In this document: in pieces, positions 24,790 to 38,512 of the stretch
Layout: each line of letters begins with the position of its first letter
Position numbering within the stretch: the first letter of the stretch is position 1
Source of the DNA: Octopus sinensis
Lineage: Eukaryota
Direction of reading: 5' to 3'
Assembly (NCBI RefSeq): GCF_006345805.1
Contig: NW_021835720.1
Coordinates: 1-38,915 of the forward strand
DNA: 38,915 nt
The notes under the pieces: model-generated
Told to the model about the DNA's origin: nothing
Databases searched by the model: none
Seen by the model: the letters and a program-made list of their open reading frames with translations, nothing else
Position numbers and translations under genes: made by a program

Positions 24790-25322
24790 CAAAAGAGGGA
24801 GTGGTGTTTCAAAGCAGGAAAAGAAATATATAGGAAAATGTGTTGCTGAAAATGCACTTAAATTTCGAGACCTCTACCATAACAAATGCTTTTGTGTTGC
24901 CAAGAAATTTATAGAGAGTGAAAAGAAAAAGAGACTTCTAAGTAAACAATTCTAGACTTGTGTTTCAAAATGAAATCTACAAGTTCGTGTACGAGTGCTT
25001 GTGAATCGGTGATCACATTTTCAAGTGATGGTGTGTGTGAGTCTAATGTGAGTGACAGTGATTCAGAAAACAATTCTAATAATAATACTTCTTATTATAA
25101 ATGATCTCAACATTCTTTTTACTTTACATAAAATATTCTTTACATTCTGCTGTTGTTTTATTGTCATTTATTTTCGAGTATTATAAATTTTATTGATAAA
25201 ATATTTTTCTGGGAACGACTTATAACATTGCTATTATGGGAAATTATGGCACCGTTTTGCGAGTTTTCGCTTTACGAGCGATCTCTGGGAACAAATTAAC
25301 TTGTATATCGAGGCATTACTGT
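24790..25322 (+). mobile_element. Possible 3' end of a pogo/Tigger-like DNA transposon
   Basis: Ends ...TTGTATATCGAGGCATTACTG|TA, resembling a CAGTAAT.CCTCG-type TIR with a TA target. No left end was found. Confidence 0.4.
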
Positions 25323-25629
25323 ATATACCTCCCTACCACCCTACATTCATACATAATACATACATATATATATACACACACACACACAACATACGTCACG
25401 CATCCTCTTCCAAGTAAGTTTTGTATATATATATATATATTATATATATATGAATGTATGTATGCATATATATATATACATACATATATATATATATACA
25501 TCACCAAGGGATCTGGTTTCAAGTCCCATGGCTGGTTGTTGACAAATTTTTAGATGGCGGTGCCCCAGCATTGCCACAGCTCATGAGCTGAAATTAGATG
25601 GAGTGAAATGAAAAAAAATATATATATAA

Positions 25630-25719
<90 letters not shown>

Positions 25720-25740
25720 ATATATATATATATACACATA

Positions 25741-26010
25741 TCTATAAAATAATATGATACAATTACTCAATAGTCAAGATAAAACTCTGAGTTTCAGATG
25801 CTGAAGTGGAAATCCACAACACCATCTATTCGGTTATCTGGCCACCTGAAAAACGCTATGAAAAAATACCGTTATATAAAGGGAAATTAATGTGGTATAA
25901 TTCTGCAATTTATATAAATTAAGATTAAAAGTTCATAGTAAACATTTCGGCATCTGAAACTCAGAGTTTTATCTTAACTATTGAGTAATTGTAACATATT
26001 ATTTTATAGA
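25741..26010. mobile_element. MITE with ~65-bp TIRs and TA TSD
   Basis: TA|TCTATAAAATAATATG...CATATTATTTTATAGA|TA; about 3 mismatches. Confidence 0.88.
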
Positions 26011-26339
26011 TAAATTTCCTCTATTTACATAATATTGAGGTCTCTTTCTTTCCTTTGTTATCTTACCATTTTTACCAATATATATATACATATATATATA
26101 CATATATATATACACACACACATATATATATATGTAGAAAATTTTAGATTAAAAAAAACACTGCCTATCTTAATTTTGAAAAATAAATTTTTTAAAAATC
26201 CGCATTATTTATGGAATGACATAGAATACGTTTCTATCCCTCATTGACCGATTTACGTGACCGTCCGACTGTTTGTCGGTCTGACTCTCTCCATCTCCGT
26301 CTCTCACCCTCTGCACTATAACGCTTGCATAACATTTGG

Positions 26340-26393
26340 TGTTAAGGGAGGCTACTCACAAATATATTGTACAGGAGTGACCTCCCTTGAACA
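26340..26393 (+). ncRNA. Candidate pre-miRNA hairpin 1
   Basis: TGTTAAGGGAGGCTACTC...GAGTGACCTCCCTTGAACA stem; paralogous to 26435-26495. Confidence 0.45.
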
Positions 26394-26434
26394 ACGCTTC
26401 GAACCTGCTTGCCTGCCATTTCCTGAAATCAACC

Positions 26435-26495
26435 TGTTAAGGGAGACTACTCACAAGTATAGATGGTTTATATTTAAGAGTTCTCTCCCTTGACA
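26435..26495 (+). ncRNA. Candidate pre-miRNA hairpin 2
   Basis: TGTTAAGGGAGACTACTCACAAGTATAG-ATGGT-TTATATTTAAGAGTTCTCTCCCTTGACA; 61 nt with a 5-nt terminal loop. Confidence 0.5.
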
Positions 26496-27060
26496 CCATT
26501 TACCTGCAAAATTGATTTTATCGTCCGACGTTTACTAGTTTCAATTCTTGGACAACCGCCATGCTGGAGCACCACACCAACGTGTTTACTCACACTCATC
26601 GACGGCTGGGCTGATCTCTCTTCAGACTGCTACTCATTCCTTCGTTCTCCTTTACTCGAATTGCTAAGTTACGATGACGTAAACAGCCGAAACCGAAAAT
26701 GAAGCGGTGACTAGGGTCAAACACAAGTCACAGATATGGAAATAAATGTGTGTGTGTGTGTGCACGCGCGCGCGTGTGTATGTGTGTGTCTGTGTATGTG
26801 TGCGCGCGCGCGACTAGTGTCTGCGAGCGCGTGTGTATGTGTGCATGCGTGTGAGTGCGCGTGTTTGCGCACGTAAGTGTGTGTGTGTGATATATATATA
26901 TTTACATGTATATATATATATATATAAATATAAACAAACATATATACATATATACATACATATATACATATATACATACATATATACATATATATATATG
27001 TATGTATGTATATATGCATATATGTATGTATATATATATATATGTGTGTGTGTATATTAT

Positions 27061-27249
27061 TCTCGTAAGTTTGAGAATAATCGGCTCCACCAACGGGAAC
27101 AACTTCGTGCAAGCATAAAGGTACGCTGGCAAAACACTGCTCCACTAAATAGAAACCTCGCGTGTCATTGTGGTTTTGTGTCAACTCGAGAAAACACAAG
27201 TAATTATCCAGAAGCACTGAAATAATGAGCACTCATCATGTATGTATGT

Positions 27250-27250
<1 letters not shown>
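27061..27250 (+). mobile_element. Short RTE 3'-end copy, inverted relative to 27550-28560
   Basis: [39 protein letters not shown], nearly identical to the minus-strand copy. Confidence 0.85.
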
Positions 27251-28200
<950 letters not shown>

Positions 28201-28649
28201 TCCACCCTCGACGGAGCCAGATACACACCAAGGCTGGCCATTCTGCTGGTTTACTGTCTATTCGATGTCAAATTCCTTTTCATCAGCGAACCCCAGTTTG
28301 GGCAGCATGCCTTCAACAATCTTACGCATGCTAAAACGATTACCCTCCAGTTCCATGGCTTTGTAAACTTGTGTGAGCTCATGACAACGGATCATCTTTT
28401 ATCGTTGGGTCCTGAGACACTCCTTCAGCGCTTGGATACACCGATGTTCAGCTTATTTTTACTGTAGCATCCAGTTTTCTGAGGGAACGACGAGGATTTC
28501 ACCGTGTCTTCTCTTTGATACATTTGATAAGCTGAAGGATCCGCACATTTCTTTCTTGGCCACGTCTAGGGCGCCCAGCCGTGGAACCAATCTCTTGAAA
28601 TTTCTTGACAATTTTCTAGACTGTTGTTCAGTTACTTCTAAAAATCTTT

Positions 28650-29040
28650 TGCTATAGTTGTGTTACACCTTCGCCTCCTTGTAGACTGTTATGATTGTAT
28701 TTATGTCTATATCCATTATTAATATCTATGAAGCTGAAATGCGAAAAAGTTGTTTGATTTCTTGGTTATTTGTATCATTTTGGGATGGGAACCGTTTAAG
28801 GGGCGGTAGATGGAGTCGGATTGGCCCCAAAATTTATACTGGGCGGTAAAATGCGGTGGTCAATGGTATGAGGGGGGTTGCAAGTCGCTCGGGGCTACCG
28901 TTTAGTTGCCATGGTGAGGAATATGGGGAAAATTGAGTTTTATGCGATAGACAGGTTATAGTTGTATTACTTTCGCCTCCTTGTGGAGTATTATGGTTGT
29001 ATTTCGGTCTATAACCAATATCTAATCTATAAATGTGAAT
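28650..29040. repeat. Unclassified element with two ~85-bp imperfect direct repeats (about 28655-28740 and 28957-29040)
   Basis: TATAGTTGT.TTAC..TTCGCCTCCTTGT.GA.T.TTATG.TTGTATTT occurs twice. Confidence 0.5.
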
Positions 29041-29215
29041 TTATTTAGTCTGAAGCAAACACAAGACACAATAAGCTTTTATAATGATGTATGGTTTTCA
29101 TATCTTATCGCATCTATTGATTGTTATCAAATTCCGAAACTTTGGTTGCCTTAATTTCGGAACACCATGTGTACACACCCACAACACGCATTATCATTAT
29201 ATCCTTCTCTCTCCC

Positions 29216-29253
<38 letters not shown>

Positions 29254-29294
29254 AAATATATATATGTATTATATATATATATATATATATACAT

Positions 29295-29326
<32 letters not shown>

Positions 29327-29329
<3 letters not shown>

Positions 29330-29730
29330 TCTTTTACTCTTTTACCTGTTCAGTCATTTGACTGTGGCCATGCTGGAGCACCGCCTTTAATCGAGCAACT
29401 CGACCACGGGACTTATTCTTTTTGTAAGCCCAGTACTTATTCTATCGGTCTCTTTTGCCGAACCGCTAAGTAACGGGGACATAAACACACCAGCATCGGT
29501 TGTCAAGCAATGCTAGGGGGACAAACACAGACATACAAACAAACACATATACATATATATATACATATATACGACAGGCTTCTTTCAGTTTCCATCTACC
29601 AAATCCACTCACAAGGCATTGGTCGGCCCGGGGCTATAGCAGAAGACATCGCCCAAGATGCCACGCAGTGGGACTGAACCCAGAACAATGTTGTTGTTAG
29701 CAAGCTACTTACAACACAGCCACTCCTGCG

Positions 29731-29733
<3 letters not shown>
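29327..29733 (-). mobile_element. Family A SINE, full length
   Basis: Homologous to 455-841; flanked by (TA)n on both sides. Confidence 0.92.
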
Positions 29734-29788
<55 letters not shown>

Positions 29789-29825
29789 TATGTATGTATA
29801 ATATATATATATATATATATATTAC

Positions 29826-29856
<31 letters not shown>

Positions 29857-29915
29857 ATAAATACATACGTATCTCTCTTTTTCTCTCCACTTCTCTCACT
29901 TTCAATCTCTCTCTC

Positions 29916-29981
<66 letters not shown>

Positions 29982-30238
29982 ATATATATATAGACACAGA
30001 AATGCACATATAAATACATACGTACATACGTGCCGGTATACATACAGACATGCATACATATATAATTACATACATACACACATACATACATATATATAAA
30101 TACATACACATACATATATACTTATATACATAAATGCATACATAAATATATACGCACATATATGCATACTTAGATATAAATACATATGCGCATGCATGCA
30201 AACACACATACATACACATATATACACACATACATATG
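29734..30238. repeat. Compound TA/TC/TG/TACA microsatellite tract
   Basis: Direct reading. Confidence 0.9.
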
Positions 30239-31639
30239 AACCACCAGTTTTAGACGGATCAGTTTTCCGATTCAGTGTTTTTGTCTGACATTTCAAATCA
30301 GGATAAAAATTCTTAAAATATTTGAAACGAACTCAAAATAAAGAAACAGGATGGAAATTGATTGTTGCATAACAAAATATGATAGCAGAGAGTGTAAAGC
30401 AATATTTATGTTGAATACAACGTGACTGACATCTCAGGTGTGGCGGTATCAATTGACGATATTAATTTACCAAAGGTGTGTTCATTATTCTCTTATGATC
30501 CTGTCTACAATTAACGATGGTTATCTTGATGGTGGCAGTGGTGGCGGCGTTTTGTGCGTGTGTGTACTTGATATTGTTGGCGTTGTTATTGTTGTTGCCC
30601 TCTCTTCCAGTTATCTGATCAAATGACTGCATTGCAGCCACGCATATATTGTCCCGGATATACATATGACTGCATCAGGCTGACACCATAGAGCACGGGT
30701 TCGATGTGTGTCGTGGGAAATGCGGCCACGTCTACTTCTTGATATATTTCTAGTGAGTTCAAATTTTAGATGTTGTTCAGCTCCCAGATTACCTCTAATC
30801 CAGAAATCATTTACTTAAAAACGTTCTAGCCATGACTATCCTGTCTTTAGGATATGAATAATGTTGAAATTACATTATCTACAATAACCTTTCTTTCTTA
30901 TAACAGTAAGGCGTGAGCTGAGTGAGGTGTAGCTGCTTTTTCTATCGGGTCATCACAATAGCTAATTGACAGTTTTGCAGTAATTGTTGCAGTTCTCTGT
31001 GTTCTGAGATCAAATCCAGCAGGAGTAAAATTCTTTCAGGGTCAATAGATAAATTACTAGATATAGCTACCTCAGCTGGGAACTGCATTGATCCCCATTA
31101 AGGGCCCAACTCAAGACATTTGAATAAATCACAGAGTTGGTCTGAGCAGAAATGTGTAGGTCATTATAGTTGTGGTTGTGGTAGTGTTGATGATGCAGGT
31201 GATGGTTGTGGTGTTGGTGGTGGTGGTGTAGGTTGCAGAAGTGATTGTGGTTGGGGTCATGGTGATAGTGGTGGTCCTTTTTGCAAGGAAAGGTCAGTTT
31301 TGGAGTAGTTGTAGCTTATTAGCCTTTTCAGCCCAAATCTTTGAAAACCTAGAAGCAAAGACACTCCACCCATGACATACTCTTTGGATTAACTTTTCAC
31401 ACTATCCCACCACTGGCTGAAAATATTAAGTAGCAATAATATACTGTTCCTGTTTATCTCATCTAATTCTCTTTCTCAGGTTTTGAGGCCTTGTGTAGGC
31501 TATGGGCACCGCCTTACTTTCTTTCACTAATTAATTAGCATGCTTTATGCACAAATACCTTATATGCATATATATGTGCATTAGTCTATGATTGTTACAT
31601 GCACATACTGTATGCACATGTATATGCTTATGTATATAT

Positions 31640-31890
31640 CATCATCATCGCTTAACGTCCGTTTTCCATGCTAGCACGGGTTGGACGGTTTGACCGGGGT
31701 CTGGGAAGCCAGAAGGCTGCACCAGGCTCCAGTCTGATCTGGCAGTGTTTCTACAGCCGGATGCCCTTCCTAACACCAACCGCTCCGTGAGTGTAGTGGG
31801 TGCTTTTTGCGTGCCACCGACACAGGGGATGCAGGAGGCTGGAAACGTCCACGATCGTCTGGTACTTTTTACGTGCCCCTGGCACATGTA
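31640..31890 (-). mobile_element. Family C (RTE 3' end)
   Basis: (CAT)n followed by the reverse complement of the 35640-35889 sequence. Confidence 0.88.
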
Positions 31891-31924
31891 TTACAACTAC
31901 AAGTTCCAAATATCCGTCAAATGT

Positions 31925-32560
31925 AAATAATGTTCTTTGCTAATGTCGATGTATTCCATCGTAAATGCCTCGCTGGTTATTGGTGAGGCGGCAAAGAAGT
32001 CCACTGGTTCGTTCACTTGTCTGTGTTCCAACGGAGTGGTAAAGATACTTTTGAACTGGTCATTTGGTACCTCACTGATCCTGGTTGGACTATCTGTGAG
32101 GGAGCCGTCCTTTTGGAAGAGGGGTCCTATCTTGCAGCGTACTGAGGCTGTTTCTTTTGCATAATAAAAGAACGCCTTTGGGTTTGATTTAATGTTTTTT
32201 AGAACCCAGGTTTCTTTGTCCACTCTCTCCCTCACATAGGATTGTTGCAGGCTTTTTTCAATCTCCATCAATGTTGTTTTTAGGCGGGACCTTTCGCTAC
32301 TTTTGGAATGTTGGTTGAAGCGATTTGCAACCTTTGTCCGTCTCTCGTGAGGATCTTCCTCTCCCTTGGAATCTCCTTCTTTTTTGTGTTAGCCTTGTGC
32401 TCTGGGACATATTTCTGGCATATGGCTTGCTTAACAGACATGAGATATTCTAGTTTCATGCCAATGTCTGGTGTGAAGAGACATTTTGGCCTGTACCGTC
32501 TGAGGATCTCTTTTTGGATCAATTTCCAGGCTGCTTTGTAGAAGTTCAGAAGTGAGAGAT
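31925..32560 (-). mobile_element. CR1-type LINE ORF2 fragment (endonuclease-RT linker)
   Basis: LNFYKAAWKLI...ICQKYVP...IPRERKILTR; IKSNPKAFFYYAK...KIGPL...DGSLTDSP...NDQFKSIFT. Confidence 0.8.
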
Positions 32561-33111
32561 TTTGGGTGCTTTTCGTGGTCAGCTGTGAGTTTCCTTTTTT
32601 AGATTTTGTATGAAGGCTAATGTAAAAATATTGGCTGAGAGAAATAGAAACTGTATATTGACTGACAATTGTGTCCACAAGGAGGTTCTACTTGAAAACA
32701 AAATGTGCATTTTAAGTAAGTTTCACAAAACGGAATTACAACTTTCATGTTTTGAAAAATTCCACAGGATATTTAAACTATATAACAATGGAAGTGTTTA
32801 GGGAGATGCTGGGACTTACAATAACAACAACAACAACAAATGAAATTTCAAAGTTTGTCTTTATTTCCACAGTTAATCTCGAACAACGAGGGAGCCAAAC
32901 CAATAAAGGGGTCTGCATGTGGTAGATAGATCTGCTAGAATTAGTAACCAAATCCTACTCCATTCAAAACCTATCACCTTAAAGAAGGACACATTTAACA
33001 ATGTGGTTCTGTTCTCTATACTTAGGGAAAAGACAGGATGGTCTTGAATGGAAGGCATTTGATAATAGGTCTGTGGTGAAGATAGATGTGGGACTAAGCA
33101 ACAGCAACAAT

Positions 33112-33329
33112 TTACAAAGAAATTCGATTGAATTCTGATGATAAACATTCAATTGCAATAAAACATTCAGTTCTTTCAAGAGCTTCTTTTAATATTTGAA
33201 GTGTACGTTTTGCCGGATCACAACTTTGAAACCATGTCAGAAGCATCTGGAAACTTTGTTCCCTAACGCTATGAGAATGGTCAAGCTTGATGATGTCCAG
33301 GTCATGTTGTTTAATTCCTAATTCCCTTC
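33112..33329 (-). CDS. Terminal coding exon of a death-domain protein (C-terminal part of the DD)
   Basis: Acceptor TTATTTCTTTTGCAG| (phase 1). (G)RELGIKQHDLDIIKLDHSHSVREQSFQMLLTWFQSCDPAKRTLQILKEALERTECFIAIECLSSEFNRISL* matches the DD pattern LG....I..I........EQ...ML..W.......T...L..AL. Candidate AATAAA near 32860 on the minus strand. Confidence 0.88.
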
Positions 33330-34659
33330 CTGCAAAAGAAATAAGAAATAATTGCAACAGCATTAATGATAATATAAAACCTGTATTAATTACGACAAAG
33401 AAATTATGTGAATAGAAGAATGAGAGATACTTAAGAAACAGGGAAATTAGAAGACATTGTTATCTATCTCTAAAGATGTTGATAAAAATAGCAAAGAATT
33501 TGAAAAAAAAGGCTGGAGAAGGAGAAGAATATTTTAAAAAAATTAATTGAAAATTACACAAGAGAAAATGCCTGGTGAACAACTGGCAGAAGAAGTGTAT
33601 GAGAGCCTAAAGAATCAACAAAGACCACCAATAGTTAGATAATTTTATCCATCTGTCCATCTTCTCTGGGCTCTATTCATAGGAGAGTTTTAGGGGTAGA
33701 GTCTTCAGGCACCTCCTTCATGCAATTCTATCAGAAGCAACCTTCATTAGAAGTTCTGAAAGGATTTCCAAACATGACCAATTGAAACTATGGATATCAT
33801 CCAACCATTTCATTCTTGCTCTACCCCTAGGTCTCCTGTCGGTTGGCTCAGCTTGAAGAATCCCTCTTGTGGTTCTTTCCTGTGATATTTTAATCACATG
33901 CCAGGATTACTGGAGCTGTGAATTCTCAATGCAGAGAAGCAGTCACTTGACCTGGAGAGACCCCAAATCTCCAGCCTGCACACCTTGTTGAGTAACGTTA
34001 CTCCAGAGACTCTTTGGAGGAATACAATCTCAGTCGTTTGATAACGTCATGTGATCAATGCCTGAAATAGTAATTTGTGATGTCTTTCCACCTATGATTA
34101 ATAGAAATTTCAAAATTATCAACATTTAAAAATATTTCAAAAATGGGGATTGTGAACCTAAATGATTTCAACCACACAAAGTAAAAATAAAATACTGTTA
34201 GGTAAATATCACATATTATAGAGGGCACTGGCTTAAGGTTTTTGGATTCATGACTTATAACAAGAACTTCTTTCATTGGATCAAGGCCACAATTTCGAAG
34301 AATTTAATACAGGAGAGGCCTTAGCAATGAGAAGAGTTTTAGTTTGTAGGCAATAAGACAAGAATCACCAACATCTACGCCATACACCTACAACACTTGG
34401 GTCCTGAAAGAATCACTGCATCCACAAACAAGCAAGTTTACAGGGAGGGCAGGTTAGGGTTAGGGAAGGACTTTGTAAGTAGCAGATATACAGGAATAGT
34501 TTGTAGTAGGAACAAGTAATAAAGGCATAGTTGATAGTTTCTGTTACCTAAGAGACAGAATTAGAAGTGGAGGAGACTATTCTGAAAGCACAGTAGTTAG
34601 AAGGAAAATGAGATGAAAAATGTACAGGGAGCTGTTAGGTCTACTGGCAACTAAGGGAT

Positions 34660-34970
34660 TCTGTTTCCAAATGAAGGAGAGATTGCAATGTTACATGGAA
34701 TGTGGAGGATGCGTGGAAACTGGCAGGAAATGAGATGAGCACACATCACTAAATGTGTAATGTTAATGCGTTGAAAATGTGGAGCCAAAAAACTGGGTCT
34801 CAGAAGAATCTGTGATAGTGTACAAGAAAAAAGATAATGGTAGAGATATAGAAGGGACATGGAGGATGAAATTGGGATAAAGAAATGCCTGGAAATCAAG
34901 TTGAAGGAAACAAGCGATCAAACTGGACAAAGGACCACAACGACTCTGGGAGAAATCGTCTGACCATTAC
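34660..34970 (+). mobile_element. Old degenerate RTE ORF2 C-terminal fragment
   Basis: AMLHG..EDAWKLAGNEMS and KLGLRRICDSVQEKR*W...MEDEIGIKKC resemble the 35105-35400 copy. Confidence 0.5.
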
Positions 34971-35104
34971 AAACTTAGAAAAATGGATGTAAGGTGATGA
35001 TGATAATGGACCTGGTGTTAGTGGATTGATTTTTGCCCAGTATATGACTGGTACATTTTGTATGATGTCCTTTCTTAATTTAGATAAATCATTTCTGAGT
35101 GCGA

Positions 35105-35889
35105 ACTTCCATGCTACATGGCAGTGAAACATGGGTCATGACTGCTGAGGACATGTTGGACATGAGAAGCATTAAATGTGGTGTGCAAGAGAGATGACTA
35201 CGCTGGTATGGTCATGTGTTACGTATGGATGAGGACAACTGTGTGAAGAAGTGCCACTTCCTAACTGTAGAAGGAACCTGTGGAAGAGGTTTAGCCAGGA
35301 AGACATGGGATGAGATGATGAAGCATGGCCTTCGAACATTGGGCCTCACAGAGGCAATGACAGGAGACCAAGATTTGGGAAATATGCTGTGATTGAGAAA
35401 ACCCGGCAACTAAAATGAGATCGTAGCCATGGCCAATGCCAGTGTTGTATGTCCGGCCCATTTAAGAGCACCCTTGATGCATTGGGTGATATGATATGCT
35501 TGAGAAGACCTGTTGAGTCAAGTAAAACCAAAATTGCAGCTGTGGCCAGTGCCCCCTGACTAGCCCCCGTTCTGGTGGCACATGAAAGCCATCATCTGAA
35601 TGTGGTGAATGCCAGTGTGATCTGACTGACTCCATGTGCTGGTGGCACGTAAAAAGGACCATCCAAATATGATCGATGCCAGGACCACCTGACTGACTTC
35701 CATGCTGGCGGCACATAAAAAGCACCCACTACATACTCAGAGCGGTTGGCATTAGGAAGGGCATCCAGCTGTAGAAACACTACCAGATCAGATTGGAGCC
35801 TGGTGCAGCCATTGGCTCTCCAGACTTCAGTCAAACCATCCAACTCATACCAGCATGGAAAATGGATGTCAAATGATGATGATGATGAT
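35105..35889 (+). mobile_element. RTE LINE 3' end: ORF2 C-terminus joined to the family C 3' UTR and (GAT)n tail
   Basis: MLHGSETWVMTAEDM/LDMRSIKCGVQER*LRWYGHVLRMDEDNCVKKC...GRGLARKTWDEM. The UTR has three ~70-bp GGTGGCAC(G/A)T..AAAG units. Confidence 0.9.
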
Positions 35890-36854
35890 TTATATCAGCT
35901 GACTCAGGGGATATTATCATGATCTCTTGAGTCAAGTCTAGTCCCCAGTATAGCTCAAATGTGCTTGTAAAGACATTTCTCTATGCTGCAGTCCATCTAG
36001 ATGTATATAGGTACCATAGGGAGGTAGAAGACATTGCTGTAAATAATAGGGGCATTGCTGTAAATAATAGTATAAATGATATTTTATGTTGTTAAACTGT
36101 CAGACAAGGGGAAATGGGATATTGTGATGTTCATGCCTTTCCATGTGACATTTGTAATGTAAAGGAGAGTGAAACGATTTCAATTAAGAAACAAAATTGA
36201 GTTGAGTTTGAATTTTCTGTTGAGATTCTTTTTTTGTAATATAAGAGAGTGTTTCATTAACTTACAATGCTGAGTTCAATCCAGCTATGAACACAATCGA
36301 CAATGGGGCCTATCTTCTATAGAGACAGGAAATATATGTTGACCTGGGACTAAAGAATTACAATAAATATAGAAAAACACAGATTGGCCAGGGGAGAGAC
36401 GACATGTCCCACACAATACACACTCTCATGTTAAAAAGTTTGCATTTGATAATGTGGTCCTCTTCACCCAAGAGAAAACATGATGGCACATCTGGAACCC
36501 TTTCCCCTTAATTCTGCCAGATTAAGGCAGATATCTGCCTCAACCTACCAGTAAGCTTACTAAAAGTGTAAACAAGCAAACACATTGTCATTAATTCACC
36601 TGTTTACTCTTAAATGACAATTTTTGAGTCCCCTTTTACAAACGATAGTATTAACTCTACTGTATCTCCTAATTTATACATTTTACAACCGTGCTGACAT
36701 TGGTGGATATTTTATGAAATTTCAGTGATATCTTTACTTTAAGCTAAACTTTCAATTGGAAATTAGGAATGGAACCTGTTCTCAGTCATTCAAACAAACA
36801 GAAGTTTAGCTGAAAGCAAAATTTATAGAAATTAATTGGGTATTTTATACTCAC

Positions 36855-36926
36855 CAAGTTCCTGCCATTTACCTGCCAACTTTTGGGACACCCTATGAAG
36901 ATGAATCTCCTCTACCGTTACAGAAT
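36855..36926 (-). CDS. 72-nt phase 1-1 exon, N-terminal part of the death domain
   Basis: TATTTATTTCAG|AT TCT GTA...GAA CTT G|GTGAGT reads (D)SVTVEEIHLHRVSQKLAGKWQEL(G); joins in frame to 33329 to give W.ELGRELG. Confidence 0.88.
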
Positions 36927-37926
36927 CTGAAATAAATATTTCCAAATTTTACACTTCATAGCACAATTTCCCTATCTCTGTAAATGGTTTATATTTTATT
37001 ATTGTAAGACATTCCTATCATCAATGGACAACTGCTGACCACTATAGGTTCGGTTGATAGATTTATATTTTCTACCGTGGTCTTATATAATGGCTCAATA
37101 TTTAGGCCCATAACAAAATAGACTGACCTTCCTAAGCCTCCTTTTTCTAATAAGACATCCTACTTAATCTAACAATGTTGCAATCATCTTATTTAATGAT
37201 CACATGTATCTCTTGTATCCATGCTAAACCTATGACATGGCATTGTCCCCTCACCACTGGACTTCACTAATCAACATTCCCCTCTTCTTTTGCTTAAATC
37301 TGATGTCAACCAAGCTGGTCATCAACGACCTTGACACAAACTCATGTCACACCTGTTATCTTTGTCAAACGTTGCTGCTTTTAATCTTTAATTTTAACTG
37401 TGCAACTCACAGTTCACCAGAATTTCATCTGATTCAGAAAATATCTAAAGACACCTTAATGAAATAGTTTCCTTTCCTGATGAGCAATGATTAGTTCTAC
37501 ACAGGTAAAACAGAAAGTGATAACAAGTATCCTAAAACTGTATACTTGCACAAAACATCTTAAATGAAACACAAATGTTCATACACCGATTATTGCAAAG
37601 GAAAAATATCTGAAATGGTATATAAGAAATGATATTCAAGAATATATAATCAAGGTGGTGATATAGAAAACAATGAGATGAGAGAAAAGTGAATGTGTCT
37701 CATTATGGGGAGAGAATCGTTTCAGGATTTATATTTTATCTTTTTTTCTATATTTTCCTTATCGTGAGGGACCTTTTTCCTATGTCTCATGATTCCATAT
37801 TTCGATAAAAATCCCTTTATTGTATATTCTTGCATTTGTAGGTAGTGAATAGAATTAATTTTATCACTAACCATTTGAAAGAAATGTAAGAATGGAACCT
37901 GTTCTCAGTCATTCACACAAATAATA

Positions 37927-38455
37927 CAGGGTGTCCCAAAAAAATGTATACACACCTTAAATAATTGTAAATTTGGGGTTTATTATAATTCGAATAATTT
38001 TCAACATGTAAAAGAATTTACAAATATCATTCTATTGTCTTGTTATCGCATGTTCTCAAACTGATGTCCGTTCTGCTCAGACACTGCTGACAACACGAAG
38101 CCATGGAATGGCACACATCATGGAACAATTCCCTTGGGATATTCGTAATTCATGTTCAATGGTTGCCCTCAATTGACGACTGTTGCATGTTTCTGTGCGT
38201 AGACTTTGTCCTTTAGGTATCCCCATAAAAAGAAGTCTAGTGGTGTGAGGTCTGGTGACGTGGAGGGTATTCACACAAACCTCTCCGTCCAATCCACCTT
38301 TTGGCAAGATCCCATCAAGAAAGGATCTACATCGCGATGGTAGTGTGGAGGTGCCCCATCTTGCTGGAAATAAAACTCTTCCTGTTCAATGTCCTCTCTA
38401 ATGCTTGCCATGACAGACGTTGCAGCAAGTGTATACAGTTTTTGGGGACACCCTG
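37927..38455 (-). mobile_element. Internally deleted mariner-like transposon with TA TSD
   Basis: TA|CAGGGTGTCCCAAAAAAATGTATACAC...GTGTATACAGTTTTTGGGGACACCCTG|TA. Internal minus-strand peptides FQQDGAPPHYH and SPDLTPLDFFLWGYLKDKVY. Confidence 0.93.
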
Positions 38456-38512
38456 TATATCTCAGGTGATGGTAAAATTTATAGAAATTTAATTACAGTT
38501 ATTTTTACTCAC

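Noticed and set aside
31120-31308. Gly/Cys-rich ORF
   Set aside because: A degenerate GGT/TGT low-complexity tract with no splice support.
36680-36750. A further degenerate microexon downstream of the 72-nt DD exon
   Set aside because: Only a weak ACAACCGT match; acceptor and donor consensus are absent.
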